From: Octopus vulgaris
Taxonomy: Eukaryota
Direction: 5' to 3'
NCBI GenBank assembly: GCA_951406725.2
Contig: OX597840.1
Span: 23,994,001-24,058,000, forward strand
DNA length: 64,000 nucleotides
Part shown: one piece after another, positions 12,020 to 26,306 of the stretch
Position numbering within the stretch: the first letter of the stretch is position 1
Layout: each line of letters begins with the position of its first letter
Made by a program: the position numbers and the translations under genes
Notes under the pieces: generated by a model
What the model was told of the DNA's origin: nothing
The model's input: only the letters and a program-made list of their open reading frames with translations
The model's database searches: none

Positions 12020-12924
12020 TTAAAATCTGCTCACAGTTGTCTCTCTTTGGTATCTTCTACTGAAGAAGGTTAAGGAGTCAGAAACACATCCAGGAGTCCG
12101 CTAGGGGAAGACACTGAGCAAAAAAAGGCTTTTTTTTTTATTTACACCTTTAACGATCATCATCATCATCATCATCCTCATCATCATCATCGTTTAACGT
12201 TCATTTTCCATGCTAGCATGGGTTGGACAGTTCGACTGGGGTCTGGGAAGCCAGGAGGCTGCACCAGGCTCTAGTCTGATCTGGCAGTGTTTCTACAGCT
12301 GGATGCCCTTCCTAACGCCAACCACTCCATGAGTGTAGTGGGCGCTTTTTATGTGCCATAAACAAGAATTTCTTTCTCCATGGTAACCGTAGTGAATTTG
12401 CCTTTAGAAGAAGTTAGAATATGTCACAAAATATTTTGACTGACCTAAAGTTCATATCATGCAGTTCCGTCCCTATCTCCCTCCCTCCCTCCAGTTGCCA
12501 CATACTCGGATGTTTCACTGGGTCAAAGGTGAAAGAGCTAAGATGGTGTTTACATCTGCTTAAGACTCCGAGGCAGCAAAAGCAATCGGCAAAAAGCACA
12601 ACACATGCTTGCAATGACAGCTGTAGAGACTATGTCAGTAATGTGCATGTGTGTGCAGCTACATGTATGCACATGCTGTATGTGTGTGTGTGTGTATGTA
12701 TGCATGTGTGTGTGTGAATGGGTCAGTGACCTTACAGTTTTGTCTTCAATCCCATGGCTTGGCACCTTTGGTAAATAAATATCTTCTGCAGCCCCAGGAC
12801 GACCGAAGCCTTGCGAGTGGATTTAGTAAATGGAAACTGAAAGAAGCCCATTGCATATTAGTGTGTGTGTGTGTGTGTGTGCATGCATCTCAATCTCTTT
12901 CTGTTATATATATAATATATAGAC

Positions 12925-13400
12925 ATGTGTGTGTATGTGAATGTGTGTGTGTGTATGTGAGTGTGTGTGTATGTGAGTGTGTGTGTGTGTGTATGTGAGT
13001 GTGTGTGTATGTATGTGTGTGTGTGTACGTATGTGAGTGTGTGTGTACGTATGTGAGTGTGTGTGTGTGTGAGTGTGTGTGCGTGTGAGTGTGTGTGCAT
13101 GTGAGTGTGTGTGTATGTGAGTGTGTGTGTATGTGAGTGTGTGTGTATGTGAGTGTGTGTGTATGTGAGTGTGTGTGTGTGTATGTGAGTGTGTGTGTAT
13201 GTATGTGTGTGTGTGTGTATGTATGTGTGTGTGTGTACGTATGTGAGTGTGTGTGTACGTATGTGAGTGTGTGTGTGTGAGTGTGTGTGCATGTGAGTGT
13301 GTGTGTATGTGAGTGTGTGTGTATGTGAGTGTGTGTATGTGTATGTGAGTGTGTGTGTGTTTGTGAGAGTGTGTGTGTGTGTGTGTGTGTATACATACAT
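12925..13400. repeat. (TG)-rich compound microsatellite
   Basis: Reiterated gtgtgtgtatgtga. Confidence 0.9.
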
Positions 13401-14012
13401 GTACAGATGTGTATGTGTGTATATGTATCAATATATATATATGCGTGTATGCATGTGACTGCACATTTAAGAAGTGTGTGTACGTGTGTATTGACGTATG
13501 TGTGTGCTAGACAAATGTGTGATTCTGCACATGTCACTTACGAGTTTTCGTACATATCAGTGTGTGTGTGTGCACGCCCGCGTGTGTCAGTGTGTCCGTG
13601 TATGTGTGTGTGTGTGTGTGTCAGTGTGTCCGTGTGTATGTGTGCATGCGTGAGTCATAGCAGTCTGAACATAATTCTATTGATTTTTTCCGTAACTGCA
13701 CCAAGCTACGGAGATCTCGGAGGAATACAAAGACACTTAGAGATTAGAAAACAGAGATGGCAGGGGAAGGGGGGGGGTGCGAGGGACACACGCACACGCA
13801 CACAGACACACAGATGCACGCATGCACACGCATATATGCACGCATGCACACGCAGAGTGTTACATTTGTCTGTAAGATAATAAGCAGGATTACATTTAAA
13901 TAATAATGTTTTGGAGATAAAAATCATTTGTTGGTCGTTTAGGGACAGCTGACATCTATCACTTGCAATAAGGCCCCTTTTTTTCCTGCCATATTCTGCT
14001 GGAAAATATCAT

Positions 14013-14812
14013 TATGATGGTGGTGGTGGGATGATGGTGGTGGTGGTGGTGGTGGTGGTGGTGGTGGTGGTGGTGGTGATGATGGTGGTGGTGGTGGTGG
14101 TGGTGGTGGTGGTGAGATGATGGTGGTGGTGGTGGTGGTGGTGGTGGTGGTGATGGTGGTGGTGATGATGGTGATGGTGGGATGATGGTGGTGGTGGTAA
14201 TGGTGGTGGTGGTGGTGGTGATGATGGTGGTGGTGATGATGGTGGTGGTGATGGTGGTGGGATGATGATGATGATGATGGTGGTGGTGATGATGGTGGTG
14301 GTGATGGTGGTGGGATGATGATGATGATGATGGTGGTGGTGATGATGGTCATGATGACAGCAATGATGATGATGGTGGTGATGGTGGGTGTATGTGTGAT
14401 AACGATGATGACAAAGATGATGACAGCAAATATGATGATGCTAGCGACAACAATGATAGTAGTGATGATGACGATGATGATGATCACAATGGTGATGACA
14501 GTTGTGGTGATGATGATGATGATGGTAGTGATGGTGGGTGTATGTACGATAATGATGATGACAAAGATGAGGATGATGACACCAAAGATGTTGAATGATG
14601 ACAACAAAAATGATGATGATGATGCTAGTGACAACAATGATAGTAGTGATGGTGATGGTGATGATGATTAGGAGTGGTGGTGGGTGTGTGCGCAATGATG
14701 ACGACGATGATGATGATGGTGATGACAGTAGTGGTAATGATGGTGATGGTGATGATGGCAGTGATAGTGGTGGTGGTAGTAGTGATGACGGAAGTGGTAA
14801 TGATGAATGATG
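14013..14812. repeat. (GGT)n/(GAT)n trinucleotide tract
   Basis: Directly visible. Confidence 0.9.
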
Positions 14813-15344
14813 TCAATAGAGACGCTGACAATGCCAATAATTATCGTTAACTATTACGATGATAACGAAGAAGTAGTTATTTTATAGTCACGGGTCACCC
14901 CCCCCCACCCCGCTGAAGCAAATACATGATCAAAGGCACTCCAGTTGTGACCATCCAGTACTTTTCCAATGTTTATTTCCTTCCGTGCAGGGAGAGAGAG
15001 GAAGGCATAGTTTATCTAGAGGTACACATCCAGTGTGTCCCTTCACAGTGCAGAGTGATTCGAGGGAGATCCGACTGCTGTTTCTAGCAGACAAACCGAC
15101 TACACACGAGCTCTCTCGTTAGCTCATAATCAATTACGGATGATGAGAAATCAGGTCTTGTGGCACAAGTAGTGACACAACAGTGTTTTTATACTGGCCC
15201 CCAGTATCTTACTGGTATTTTATCTTAAATTGCGACTTCAGTGAGATTTGAACTAGGAATGTAAAGAGTAAGAACAAATTCTGCAAAACAACAATTCTTC
15301 TAATCCACAACCCCATTCATCATCATCATCATCATCATCATAAT

Positions 15345-16180
15345 TCTTTCTACAGGTGGCACAAGGCCCCTCAATTTGGGGGAAGGGATTAAGTCGATTA
15401 CATCGACCCTAGAGCGTAACTGGTACTTATTAGGCACTTACCATCCCCTGCTGGAGCCTCATGGAGCTCTAGGTGTTTTTGCTCAATAAAGACTCACATC
15501 GCCCGGTCTAGGAATCGAAACCGCAATCCTACAACAGCGAGTCCACTGTCTTAACCACTGGACCATGGCACCTCCACATTTTGAATTAATCATTCATTAT
15601 TTTATCGCTTCAAGATTTGGAAGATGTGATTGTATATATTCTACAAGGCGGTGAGCTGGCAGAAACGTTAACAAGCCGGGCGAAATGCGTAACCGTATTT
15701 CGTCTGCCGTTAAGTTCTGAGTTCAAATTCCGCTAAGGTCGACTTTGCCTTCCATCCTTTCGGGGTCGATAAATTAAGTACCAGTTACGCACTGGGGTCG
15801 ATGTAATCGACTTAATCCCTTTGTCTGTCCTTGTTTGTCTTCTCTGTGTTTAGCCCCTTGTGAGTAGTAAAGAAATACGTAGCGGCAAACAAAATACCGC
15901 TAATCACCCAGCATGCTAATGATTCTAATAGCTTGCCTCCTTCATCATCATCGTCATAATAATATTCCTTTCTACTATAGGCACAAGACCTAAAATTTGA
16001 GGGGAGGGGACTAGTCGATTACCTCGACCCCAGTGTTTCACTGGTACTTAATTTATCAACCCTGAAAGGATGAAAGGCAAAGTCGACCTCGGTGGAATTT
16101 GAACTCAGAACGTAAAGACGGGCGAAATGCCGCAAAGCATTTTGTCTGGCATGCTCATGGTTCTGCCAGTTCCCTGCCTT

Positions 16181-16215
<35 letters not shown>

Positions 16216-17423
16216 GTGCCCCGATGCAATATCAGGCAGTGGTATTGATTGTGAGTGTTATCATGTACATTGTTTTGTCTTGGTATAAAAGATGGGTTAC
16301 AGCAAATATTCTACTCAATACCACAGATTTGCTTGTCAGTTGTTTGACCTTAACCAGTTGAGCATGTCCCTTAGTGGCTGAAGATATGTTCATCTCTGAT
16401 CACGAGCAGAAGTAGTGGGGGTGCATCATAGCCATGTGTTGAGAGAGATTCTTGGAGATTTGGATAATTCACTTTTGGAAACCTAGGTGTTTTGTTCAAC
16501 ATTCTTAAACAACCCTTATTTGGGGACCTTTTGAGCGGGATGGGTTACCCGACCTGAAGAAAATTCTAACTGGGCCCCACCTGCAAGGTCATGTGCTGTT
16601 TATCTTGATAGGAGATCACCATGTCGCGTGCATATGGTTGTGATGTATGTAACCCAGTGTACCTTTATCAGGCGGGAAGTCATGGTGGGTATAATGGGTT
16701 TCGTATATTTTACCCCAGTGTCACTCAATAATAAACATAATAATAATGGCAGTTTCAAATTTTGGCCCAAGGCTGGCCGTTTCATGAGAGTGGGTAAGTT
16801 GATTACCAGTGCTCAATTGGTACTTATTTTACTGATCTCGATTGGATGAAAAGCAAAACTGACCTCAGCGGAATTTGAACTCAGAATGTAAAGGCAGACA
16901 AAATACCACTAAGCATTCCGCCAGCTCACCACCTCAAAGTTGGTTTCAAATTCTGGCACAAGGCCAGTAATTTCATGAGAAGGTGGGGCAAGTCGATTAC
17001 ATCGAAGCAAGTGCTCGACTGGAACTGATTTTACCAACCCTGAAAGGACGAAAGGCAAAGTCAACCCTGGCTGTATTTGAACTCAGAACATACAATTAGA
17101 AGAAATGCTGTGAAGCACTTCATCTGACCTTGCTACTGATTCTGCCAACTCACTGCCATAATAATAATAATAACAGTTCTTTCTGCGATAGGCACAAGGG
17201 CAGAAATTTTGGGGAACGGGAGTAGGGGACTGTTGATTACACTGACCCCAATTCTCGTCTTGTAATTATTTTATCAACCTCAAAAAGGATGAAAGGTGAA
17301 GTTGATCTTGGTGGAATTTGAACTCAGAACAAAAATCCGGAAAAAAATGCCATTAAATATTATCTCAAGTGTCTTAATAATAATAATAATAATAAAAACA
17401 ATAATAATAATAATAATAAAAAC

Positions 17424-17461
<38 letters not shown>

Positions 17462-17885
17462 CAACAACAACAACAATCCTTTCTACTATAGGCATAAGGC
17501 CTGAAATTTGGTGGAGAAGGGGCTAGACGATTACATCAACCCCAGTGTTTCACTGGTACTTAATTTATTGACCCCAAAACGATGAAAGGCAAAGTTGACC
17601 TCGGCGGAATTTGAACTCAGAATGGAAAAACTGGATGAAACGCTGCTGAGCATTTTGCCGGGCGTGCTAACGATTCTGCCAGGTCGCTGCCTTAATTGTA
17701 ATAATCTTTTCAACTAAAGACAGAAGGCCTGAAATATGAGGGGAGGGGGAATAGTTGATTACACCGACCCCAGTGTTTCACTGGTACTTAATTTACCAAC
17801 CCCCGAAAGGACGAACAGCAAGGTCGACCATGGCAGAATTTGAACTCAGAACGTAAAGATGGACAATATACCAGTAAGCATAGGA
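15345..17885. repeat. Dense cluster of family E-related SINEs separated by (TAA)n tracts
   Basis: Many diverged copies of the gatgaaaggcaaagtcgacctc...tttgaactcagaa core. Confidence 0.75.
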
Positions 17886-18472
17886 GTGGCTGTGTGGTAA
17901 GTAGCTTTCTTACGAACCACATGCTTCTGGGTTCAGTCCCACGGTTGGTTTGTTCGACTTAAAAGAACCCTTTAAGGCGGTGCTCCAACATGGCCGCAGT
18001 CAAATGACTGAAGCAAGTAAAAAAAAGAATAGAAGACTATTACAGGCTTCCACACAGTTTCCACCTAACAAATTGACTCACAAGGAACTGATTGACCAGA
18101 GGCACCAGAAAACACACACGTCCCAGGTGCCATGCAGTGGGACTGAACCAAGGACGGGAGTGGGGTTTTCAATCATAGCAATGAAAGTGGGAACTGAAAA
18201 TGTATTTGTAAAAGAAAAAGGGACCATAATTAAAAGGGAGTTTGGTAAGCACCATATTGTTTATGAAGGCACTTGATCTGAGATATATTGTTAGTTAATA
18301 AAGATTATAGGCACAGGAGTGGCTGTGTGGTAAGTAGCTTGCTTATCGACCACATGGTTCCGGGTTCAGTCCCACTGCGTGGAACCTTGGGCAAGTGTCT
18401 TCTACTATAGCCTTGGGCTGACCAAAGCCCTGTGAGTGGATTTGGTAGACGGAAACTGAAAGAAGCCCGTCG

Positions 18473-18513
<41 letters not shown>

Positions 18514-19316
18514 GCCAGCCCCGCCTTGGCTGGTTTCCATGCCGATGGCACGTTAAAAGCACCGATCGTGGCCGCTGCCAGACTCCCCTGGCACCTGTGC
18601 AGGTGGCACGTAAAAAGCACCCACTGCACTCGCGGAGTGGTTGGCGTTAGGAAGGGCATCCAGCTGTAGAAACACTGCCAGATCAGACTGCAGCCTGGTG
18701 CAGCCTCCTGGCTCCCCAGACCCCGGTCGAACCATCCAACCCGTGCTAGCGCGGAAAACGGACATTAAACGATGATGATGTGTATATGTTTGTGTGTCTG
18801 AGTTTGTCCCCACCAACATCGCTTCACAACCGATGCTGGTGTGTTTATGTCCCCCGTTACTTAGTGGTTCGGCAAAAGAGACCGATAGGATAAGTACTAG
18901 GCTTACAAAGAACAAGTCCTGGGGGGGTCGATTCGCTCGACTAAAAGGCGGTGCTCCAGCATGGCCGCAGTCAAATGACTGAAACAAGTAAAAGGGTAAA
19001 AGAGTTGTTGTTCAGAGAAACCTAATGAGAGAGTGGAGGTCCATGACAAGAAAAGAAGCAGGTCTGTAGGTGCCAGGGACAATGGGGGAGATCAGTGAAT
19101 AAGGGAAGAGTGTTTGGTGAAAGGGGTGGGGGGGAGGGGGTAGACGGAGGAACAGAGAAAAAAAAGGTGAGGCAGAGAAAGAGAGGAAGGGGGAGGAGGA
19201 GGAGGAGAAAGAGAAAGAGGAGGAAAAAGAAGGAAAAAGAAAAAGGAAAAGACAAAAAGAAAGAAGACAGCAAGGAAGAAAGAAAGGGAAAAGAAAGAGG
19301 AGGCTAGGAAGATTAA

Positions 19317-19433
19317 GTGGTGGTGGTGGGGGTAGTAGTAGTAGTAGTGGTAGTAGTAGTAGTGGTGGTGGCAGTAGCAGTAGTGGTAGTGGTAGTAGTA
19401 GTAGTGGTGGTGGTAGTGGTTGTGGTGGTAGTG

Positions 19434-19507
<74 letters not shown>

Positions 19508-19550
19508 GGTAGTAGTAGTAGTCGTAGTAGTAGTAATGGTAGTAGTAATG

Positions 19551-19597
<47 letters not shown>

Positions 19598-19598
19598 G

Positions 19599-19690
<92 letters not shown>

Positions 19691-19709
19691 GGTGGTAGTA
19701 GTAGTAGTG

Positions 19710-19762
<53 letters not shown>

Positions 19763-19778
19763 GGTAGTAGTAGTAGTG

Positions 19779-19837
<59 letters not shown>

Positions 19838-19841
19838 GGTG
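19317..19841. repeat. (GTA)n/(GTG)n trinucleotide tract, ~520 bp
   Basis: Directly visible. Source of the poly-T/V/L ORFs in the track. Confidence 0.95.
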
Positions 19842-20350
19842 AGTGAAAGCACATCTAAAAAGAATTAATTGTAAATATTCATTAGTTGTGGAGAAAATTG
19901 GTGACGAAAGAATTTTAAAGATTGAAAGTGGTTTTTTAAGCCAGTTTCACAGTCAACAAATACCAGTTTACACTGGTTTTGTAATGCAAAACCACACCGG
20001 TTCAAACTGGTTTTGCAGTCATCAACACCAGTTTTAACTGGTTTATTAATAGAGGCATTTCTCTTGGAATGTCACAAATAGTTTGGAAAATTAAAGTCAC
20101 AGGGGAGGAAGAGTACGGAAGAAGGAAATCAATTCTTATTCAAAAATGTATATATATATATATGGAAATATATACACTTGCACACACACACACACATTCA
20201 ATATACGTATATACATATATACATATAGACACTCACATACATGAAAACACAGTCAATACACACAACACATTCCGTATATGTACATACATACACACACACA
20301 CACACAGGTGAACACATACAAAACAAGATATACATACATACATACATACG

Positions 20351-20399
<49 letters not shown>

Positions 20400-20531
20400 G
20401 AGGGGAGAGAGGGAGAGAGAGAGACAGCTACACACGAACACATACATGCACATATACACATTTAAATGCATATCTATGCACACATATATACACACCCAAT
20501 GAGTGTATATATGTGTGTGTGTGTGTATGTT

Positions 20532-20572
<41 letters not shown>

Positions 20573-20768
20573 TTACTCTGTTACTCGTTTCAGTCATTTG
20601 ACTGCGGCCATGCTGGAGCACCGCCTTTAGTCGAGCAAATCAACCCTGGGACTTATTCTTTGTAAGCCCAGTACTTATTCTATCGGTCTCTTTTGCCGAA
20701 CCGCTAAGTGACGGGGACGTAAACACACCAGCATCGGTTGTCAAGCAATGCTAGGGGTACAAATACAG

Positions 20769-20811
<43 letters not shown>

Positions 20812-21024
20812 TACGACGGGCTTCTTTCAGTTTCCGTCTACCAAATCCACTCACAAGGCATTGGTTAGCCCGGAACCATGTGGCTGGTTAGCAAGCTACT
20901 TACCACACAGCCACTCCTGCTGTATATATATATATATACAGACACACACAACCAATATGTAGATACACACACATTTATAGAAATGCATATATATGTACAC
21001 ACACACACTGATTCACACATACTA

Positions 21025-21057
<33 letters not shown>

Positions 21058-23446
21058 TACATACACACACACATACACGGATGCACACAGACAAAGCAAC
21101 ACATATACAAGCACACACACACGCATGTACATACACACATACACATATAGACACACACAAACATACAGAGATGCATATCCTCCTCCTCATCATCATCATC
21201 GCTTTAATGTCTCCTTCTCCATGGTCACATGAGTCAGACAGAATTTTCTGACACTCATTTCCTACGTCCGGGTGCTCTTCCTGTTGCCAACCTCCACCTG
21301 TTGCCATACAAGATAATATTTCCCATAACCAGATACATCTGGAAGACTAGAAATGCAACACCCTACTTATGACAGCCATCATCATCGTTTAACGTCCGTT
21401 TTTCCATGCTAGCATGGGTTGGACGGTTCAACTGGGGTCTGGGAAGCCAGGAGGCTGCACCAGGCTCCAGTCTGATCTGGCAATGTTTCTACAGCTGGAT
21501 GCCCTTCCTAACGCCAACCACTCCGAGAGTGTAGTGTGTGCTTTTACGTGTCACCGGTATGGGAACCAGTCAGGTGGCACTGGCATCGGCCTCGTTTGTA
21601 TGATGCTTTTTATGTGCCCCCAGCACAGGAGCAAGTCAGAGCAAGGGGCTGGCATCGACCACATTCGGATGGTGCTTTTTATGTGCCAACGACACGGGGA
21701 GCCAGTCAGGTGGTACTGGCATCAGCCATGTTCGGATGGTGCTTTTTATGTGCCACCAACACAGGAGCCAGTCGGTACAGGGGGTTGGCTTGGCATCAAC
21801 CACTCTTAGATGGTGCTTTTTATGTGCCAGCGGCATGGGGAGCCAGTCAGGTGGCACTGGCATCGGCCACAACTACAATCTCCATTTTGATTTCGATCTG
21901 ATTGTGGTCACAACACAAACACACACATCTTGTTTCAGTCAGACTGTGGCCATGCTGGGGCACCACCTTGGGATTTTGTATTTTAGTACTTATTCTATTG
22001 GGTTCTTTTGCCAAACTGCTATGTCATGGGGATGTAAACACACCAACACTGGTTGTCAAGCAATGGTGGGGGGGACAAACACAATCACACACACACACAT
22101 ATATATATACACGACAGGCTTCTTTCAGTTTCCATCTATCAGATCCACTCACAAAGCTTTGGTCAGCTCAAAGAGACACTTGCTCAAGGTACCACGCAGT
22201 GGGACTGAACCCAGAATCACCCAGCTTCTTACCACACAGCCATGCCACCACCTGTGTGCAATATGGGGAATATTTATAATATTTATTTATGCAGTGTTCA
22301 TCGTCAGCAATATTTTGGGCCTTATTGCCTACCATACATTTCTCTTACAACTGCAGCAGTATTGTATGTTTACATTACTTGAATGCACAGGCAAAAATAT
22401 TCCGAAAATAACCTTAGCTTAATAAATAAATTAATGAAGACACAACACTATTTTATATCTGCCTGTATATATTTTGTATATATATTATGTATATATATAT
22501 ATATATATATGTGTGTATTGGCGTAGGAGTGGCTGTGTGGTAAGTAGCTTGCTTATGAACCACATGGTTCTGGGTTCAGTCCCGCTGCGTGGCACCGTGG
22601 GCAAGTGTCTTCTACTATAGCCTCAGGCCGAACCAAAGCCTTGTGAATGGATTTGGTAGACGGAAACTGAAAGAAGCCCGTCGCTGTTTTTGTCCTGTTA
22701 TTATTATTATTGTTTTTTGTATTTATATTCGTGAGGCATCGTTCATTTTTCTGTCCTTGTTTCATATACATTTGATCCTTTTTCCAAGAAATCTAATGCT
22801 CGTTGCTTAGTTTTTCCTTGGGGCTGGCCGGATCGGAGCGATCTCAAGATTAATCAGCCAAAATTGCGAGGATGATCCAGTTCTTGACTGAAGATTAGAG
22901 GCTTCGAGTGACCCGTCCGTTTTTTTGTGTCGTCTATTTGAATGTTTTGCGTTCTTGTCCCATTTTGTATTTTTATATATATATATATATATGTATGTGT
23001 ATATGTTTGTGTGTCTGTATTTGACAACCGATGCTGGTGTGCTTGCGTCTCCGTAACTTAGCGGTTCGGCAAAAGAGATTGATAGAATAAGTACTAGGCT
23101 TACAAAGAATAAGTCCTGGGGTCGATTTGCTCAACTATAGGAGGTGCTCCAGCATGGCCACAGTCAAATGACTGCAACAAGTAAAAGAGTATATATACAT
23201 ATATATGATGATGATGATGAGGCAAGTCCTTCATGTCCAGAGCTGAAGAGGATGGGCAGCATGTTCTCATGTGGCTGTGTAAGCTGATCTTTGACCAACA
23301 GCTTCTGGCAGTCTTCCTGTTTGTAATTTTAATGTGAGAGTCAGACCATTACAATCGGATCCCTTGCTTTAGGCCTGGAGGGCTGACCACAGTGGTTCAG
23401 CAAATACACACACACACACACGTGTGTGTGTGTGTGTGTATATATA

Positions 23447-23485
<39 letters not shown>

Positions 23486-24246
23486 GTATGTATATATATA
23501 CACACACACACAGAGTTTTTCACTGACGTCAATCCATTACAAAGATTACAAAAAACAGGAAGTAGAAGAGGTGAAGAAGAATGAGGTGGTGAGGGGGGCT
23601 GTGATTGAGGGGCGAGAGAAAGAGAGGGAGGGAGGGAGAAAGAGAGGGAGAGAATTTGTGTGAGAAGCAGTGTGTGACATGAGTCAGTTAGTATGTAGTG
23701 GAAGGGCAGGAGGGCTGGCAATATAGGGGAGGGGTTAAAAACTAGAATAATACAAAGAAGAATTGTGCAATGGAAGCAGAGGGGGGGACTATACAAGGCT
23801 GACAAACAAATTCATAAAATATTTTATATTCATGAGCTCAAGCATGGCTCAGTTCCCACTGAGCAACATCTTGTCTTCAACTACAGCCCAGAGAAAGACA
23901 ATCCCTGTGAATGAATTTGTTCCTTCTTGAGCCATGCCTGGCTCATAAGGGCCGGTTTCCCGGTTTCCTTGGCGTATAGGTTCCCCCACCTGGACGGGAC
24001 GCCGGTCTGTCGCAAAAGAGTCAGCAGAAGTTTCGCCATTACCTTCTGCCGGAGCCGCGTGGAGCTTAGGTGTTTTGCTCATAAACACACACGTCGCCCG
24101 GTCTGAGATTCGAACCCATGACCCCTCGACCGCGAGTCCTCTGCTCTAACCACTAGGTCATGTGCCTCCACTGTGAATGAATCTGAGAGATGGAAACTGT
24201 GAAGAAGCCCATCATCAGAGTGTGTGTCTGTGTGTATCTTTGCTGT

Positions 24247-24851
24247 ATGGATAATCCTCCATACAACACGACTGTGCTTACAAATATAGCTAGAAAATTT
24301 CTGAAGATCAGAGGTACTCACTCCCCACATTCACATAAATACTGCAAGATTTTCAATAGAAATATGGTTAAAGTTAGCTATAGTTGCCTCCCCAACAGAG
24401 GATTCATGATTTTTCAATTACAATGAGAATAACAACATTAGGAACACCCACAAAAGATACTGAAATTATAGATCTCCACCAACTGTCCCCTGAACTACAG
24501 GTTCCCATAAAAAAAGAGAACTAATGTACAAGGCCAGCAACAAAAACTTACACTGGAATGACAGGAAACACCTTCAAAGAGAGATATACAAGCATTTGAC
24601 TTCATTCAAAGACCAAACAAAAGAAACACATCTTTATCCAAATTGTATGAACACTTAAAGAGAGGAACATGAACAAACCCCACCCCCATACAAACTGGAG
24701 AATCATAGTTAAGGAAACTAAATATAGGGGACAGGACAGTAAATGCAAATTCTCTATTATGGAAAAATTAAATATAACATCAATAGAAAATGTTTTAAAT
24801 ATTAGGGAGGAAACCTTCTCCCCATGCATGTACAAGCAACAATTCATACTT
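24247..24851 (+). mobile_element. Degraded Penelope-like element (linker + GIY-YIG endonuclease remnant)
   Basis: Frame-broken peptides NPPYNTTVLTNIARKFLKI, KIFNRNMVKVSYSCLPN, CPL, YTGMTGNTFKERY, WRII...CKFSIMEKLNI and LNIREETFSPC occur in the order typical of Penelope-like C-termini. Confidence 0.75.
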
Positions 24852-25579
24852 GGGACAAGGTTTTGGATGAACATCAATGGAATTTGTAGTTTTGTGATAT
24901 CAGTGCCGGTGGCACATAAGAAAACCATCCGAACGTGGCCGTAGCCAGTACCGCTTAGACTGGCCTCTGTGCTGGTGGCACGTAACAAACACCATCCGAT
25001 TGTGGCCGTGCCAACCTCACCTGGCCTCCATGCCGGTGGCACGTAAAAAACACCATCCGAGCGTGGCTGTTCGCCAGCCTCGTCTGGCACCTGTGTCGGT
25101 GGAACATAAAAAGCACCCACTACACTCGTGGAGTGGTTGGCATTAGGAAGGGCATCCAGCTGTAGAAACATTGCCAGATAAGACTGGAGCCTGGTGCAGC
25201 CTTCTGGCTTCCCAGACCCCAGTTGAACCGTCCAACCCATGGAAAGCGGACATATGATGATGATGATGTATGTTATGCATCAAAGATATATACTCCCATG
25301 AACTTATGCCGGATTCCCTACCTACACAGATAAATATGCATTGCACATACTTGTGACATATGATTCACAGAAGAACCATTTGACATCATATGATTCACAG
25401 AAAAAACTTGTGTTTCGACTTATGAACTTACGACTCCACTGACGAAGTTTGGTGTCAAAAATCTCTGAAATCCTATAAATAATTATATGCACAAATACAA
25501 ACACGAGCAAAACACATGATGCAGAAGTGTGTGTGTGTGTGTGTGTGTTTATATTTTTCATATGTGCGTGTATGTATGC

Positions 25580-25993
25580 TCTTTTGCTTGTTTCAGTCAT
25601 TTGACTGTGGCCATGCTGGAGCACCGCCTTTAGTCGAGCAAATCGACTCTAGGACTTATTCTTTGTAAGTCTAGTACTTATTCTATCGGTTTCTTCTGCC
25701 GAACCGCTAGGTGACGGGGACGTAAACACAACAGCATTGGTTGTCAAGTTATGCTAGGGGGACGAACACAGACACATAAACACACATACACACATATATA
25801 TATATATATATTTATACATATATATATATACGACGGGCTTCTTTCAGTTTCCCTCTACCAAATCCACTCACAAGGCTTTGGTCGGCCCGAGGCTATAGTA
25901 AAAGGCACATGCCCAAGATGCCACACAGTGGGACTGAACCCGGAACCATGTGGTTGGTAAGCAAGCTACTTACCACACAGCCACTCCTGCACC
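25580..25993 (-). mobile_element. SINE family A copy just downstream of exon 2
   Basis: Reverse complement of the 7457-7867 element. Confidence 0.85.
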
Positions 25994-26306
25994 TATGAGT
26001 ACATATATTCATAAAAATGGGCCTGCACAAGCACTCTTGAATAAGACAGTTCTCAAATAAGATACTTCACAAAATACATCTAGCTGTATTTTTTGCAGAG
26101 CAGTTTGTGAGAGTGCTCAACAAACTCGTCAGAAAACATCTAGTTAACAATGTAATTAAATGCAATTAGTGGTACACAAGAAACCAAATCAAGAGATATA
26201 AATAACAAGGGTAACATATAAATACATGTGTGGGGTAGTGAAACAAGTAAAAGAGTATATAAAAACATACAAAAACAAAAATGAAAAATGAAAAGGGGTC
26301 ACCTAC

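Noticed and set aside
12390-12614. Complex sequence with 66-98-aa ORFs as an extra exon
   Set aside because: No recognisable motif; exons 2 and 3 already join in phase and follow the FBXL18 alignment without it.
12858-14837. Long ORFs of HT, CV, poly-H/P/D/M repeats
   Set aside because: Translations of TG and GGT/GAT microsatellites; no splice or homology support.
19012-19868. 280-aa poly-Leu, poly-Thr and poly-Val ORFs (mucin-like)
   Set aside because: Open only because (GTA)n lacks stops in several frames.
21530-21870. CRISPR-like repeat/spacer pattern (ggatggtgctttttatgtgcc)
   Set aside because: Spacers are similar to each other; these are internal subrepeats of family B in a eukaryotic intron, with no cas genes.
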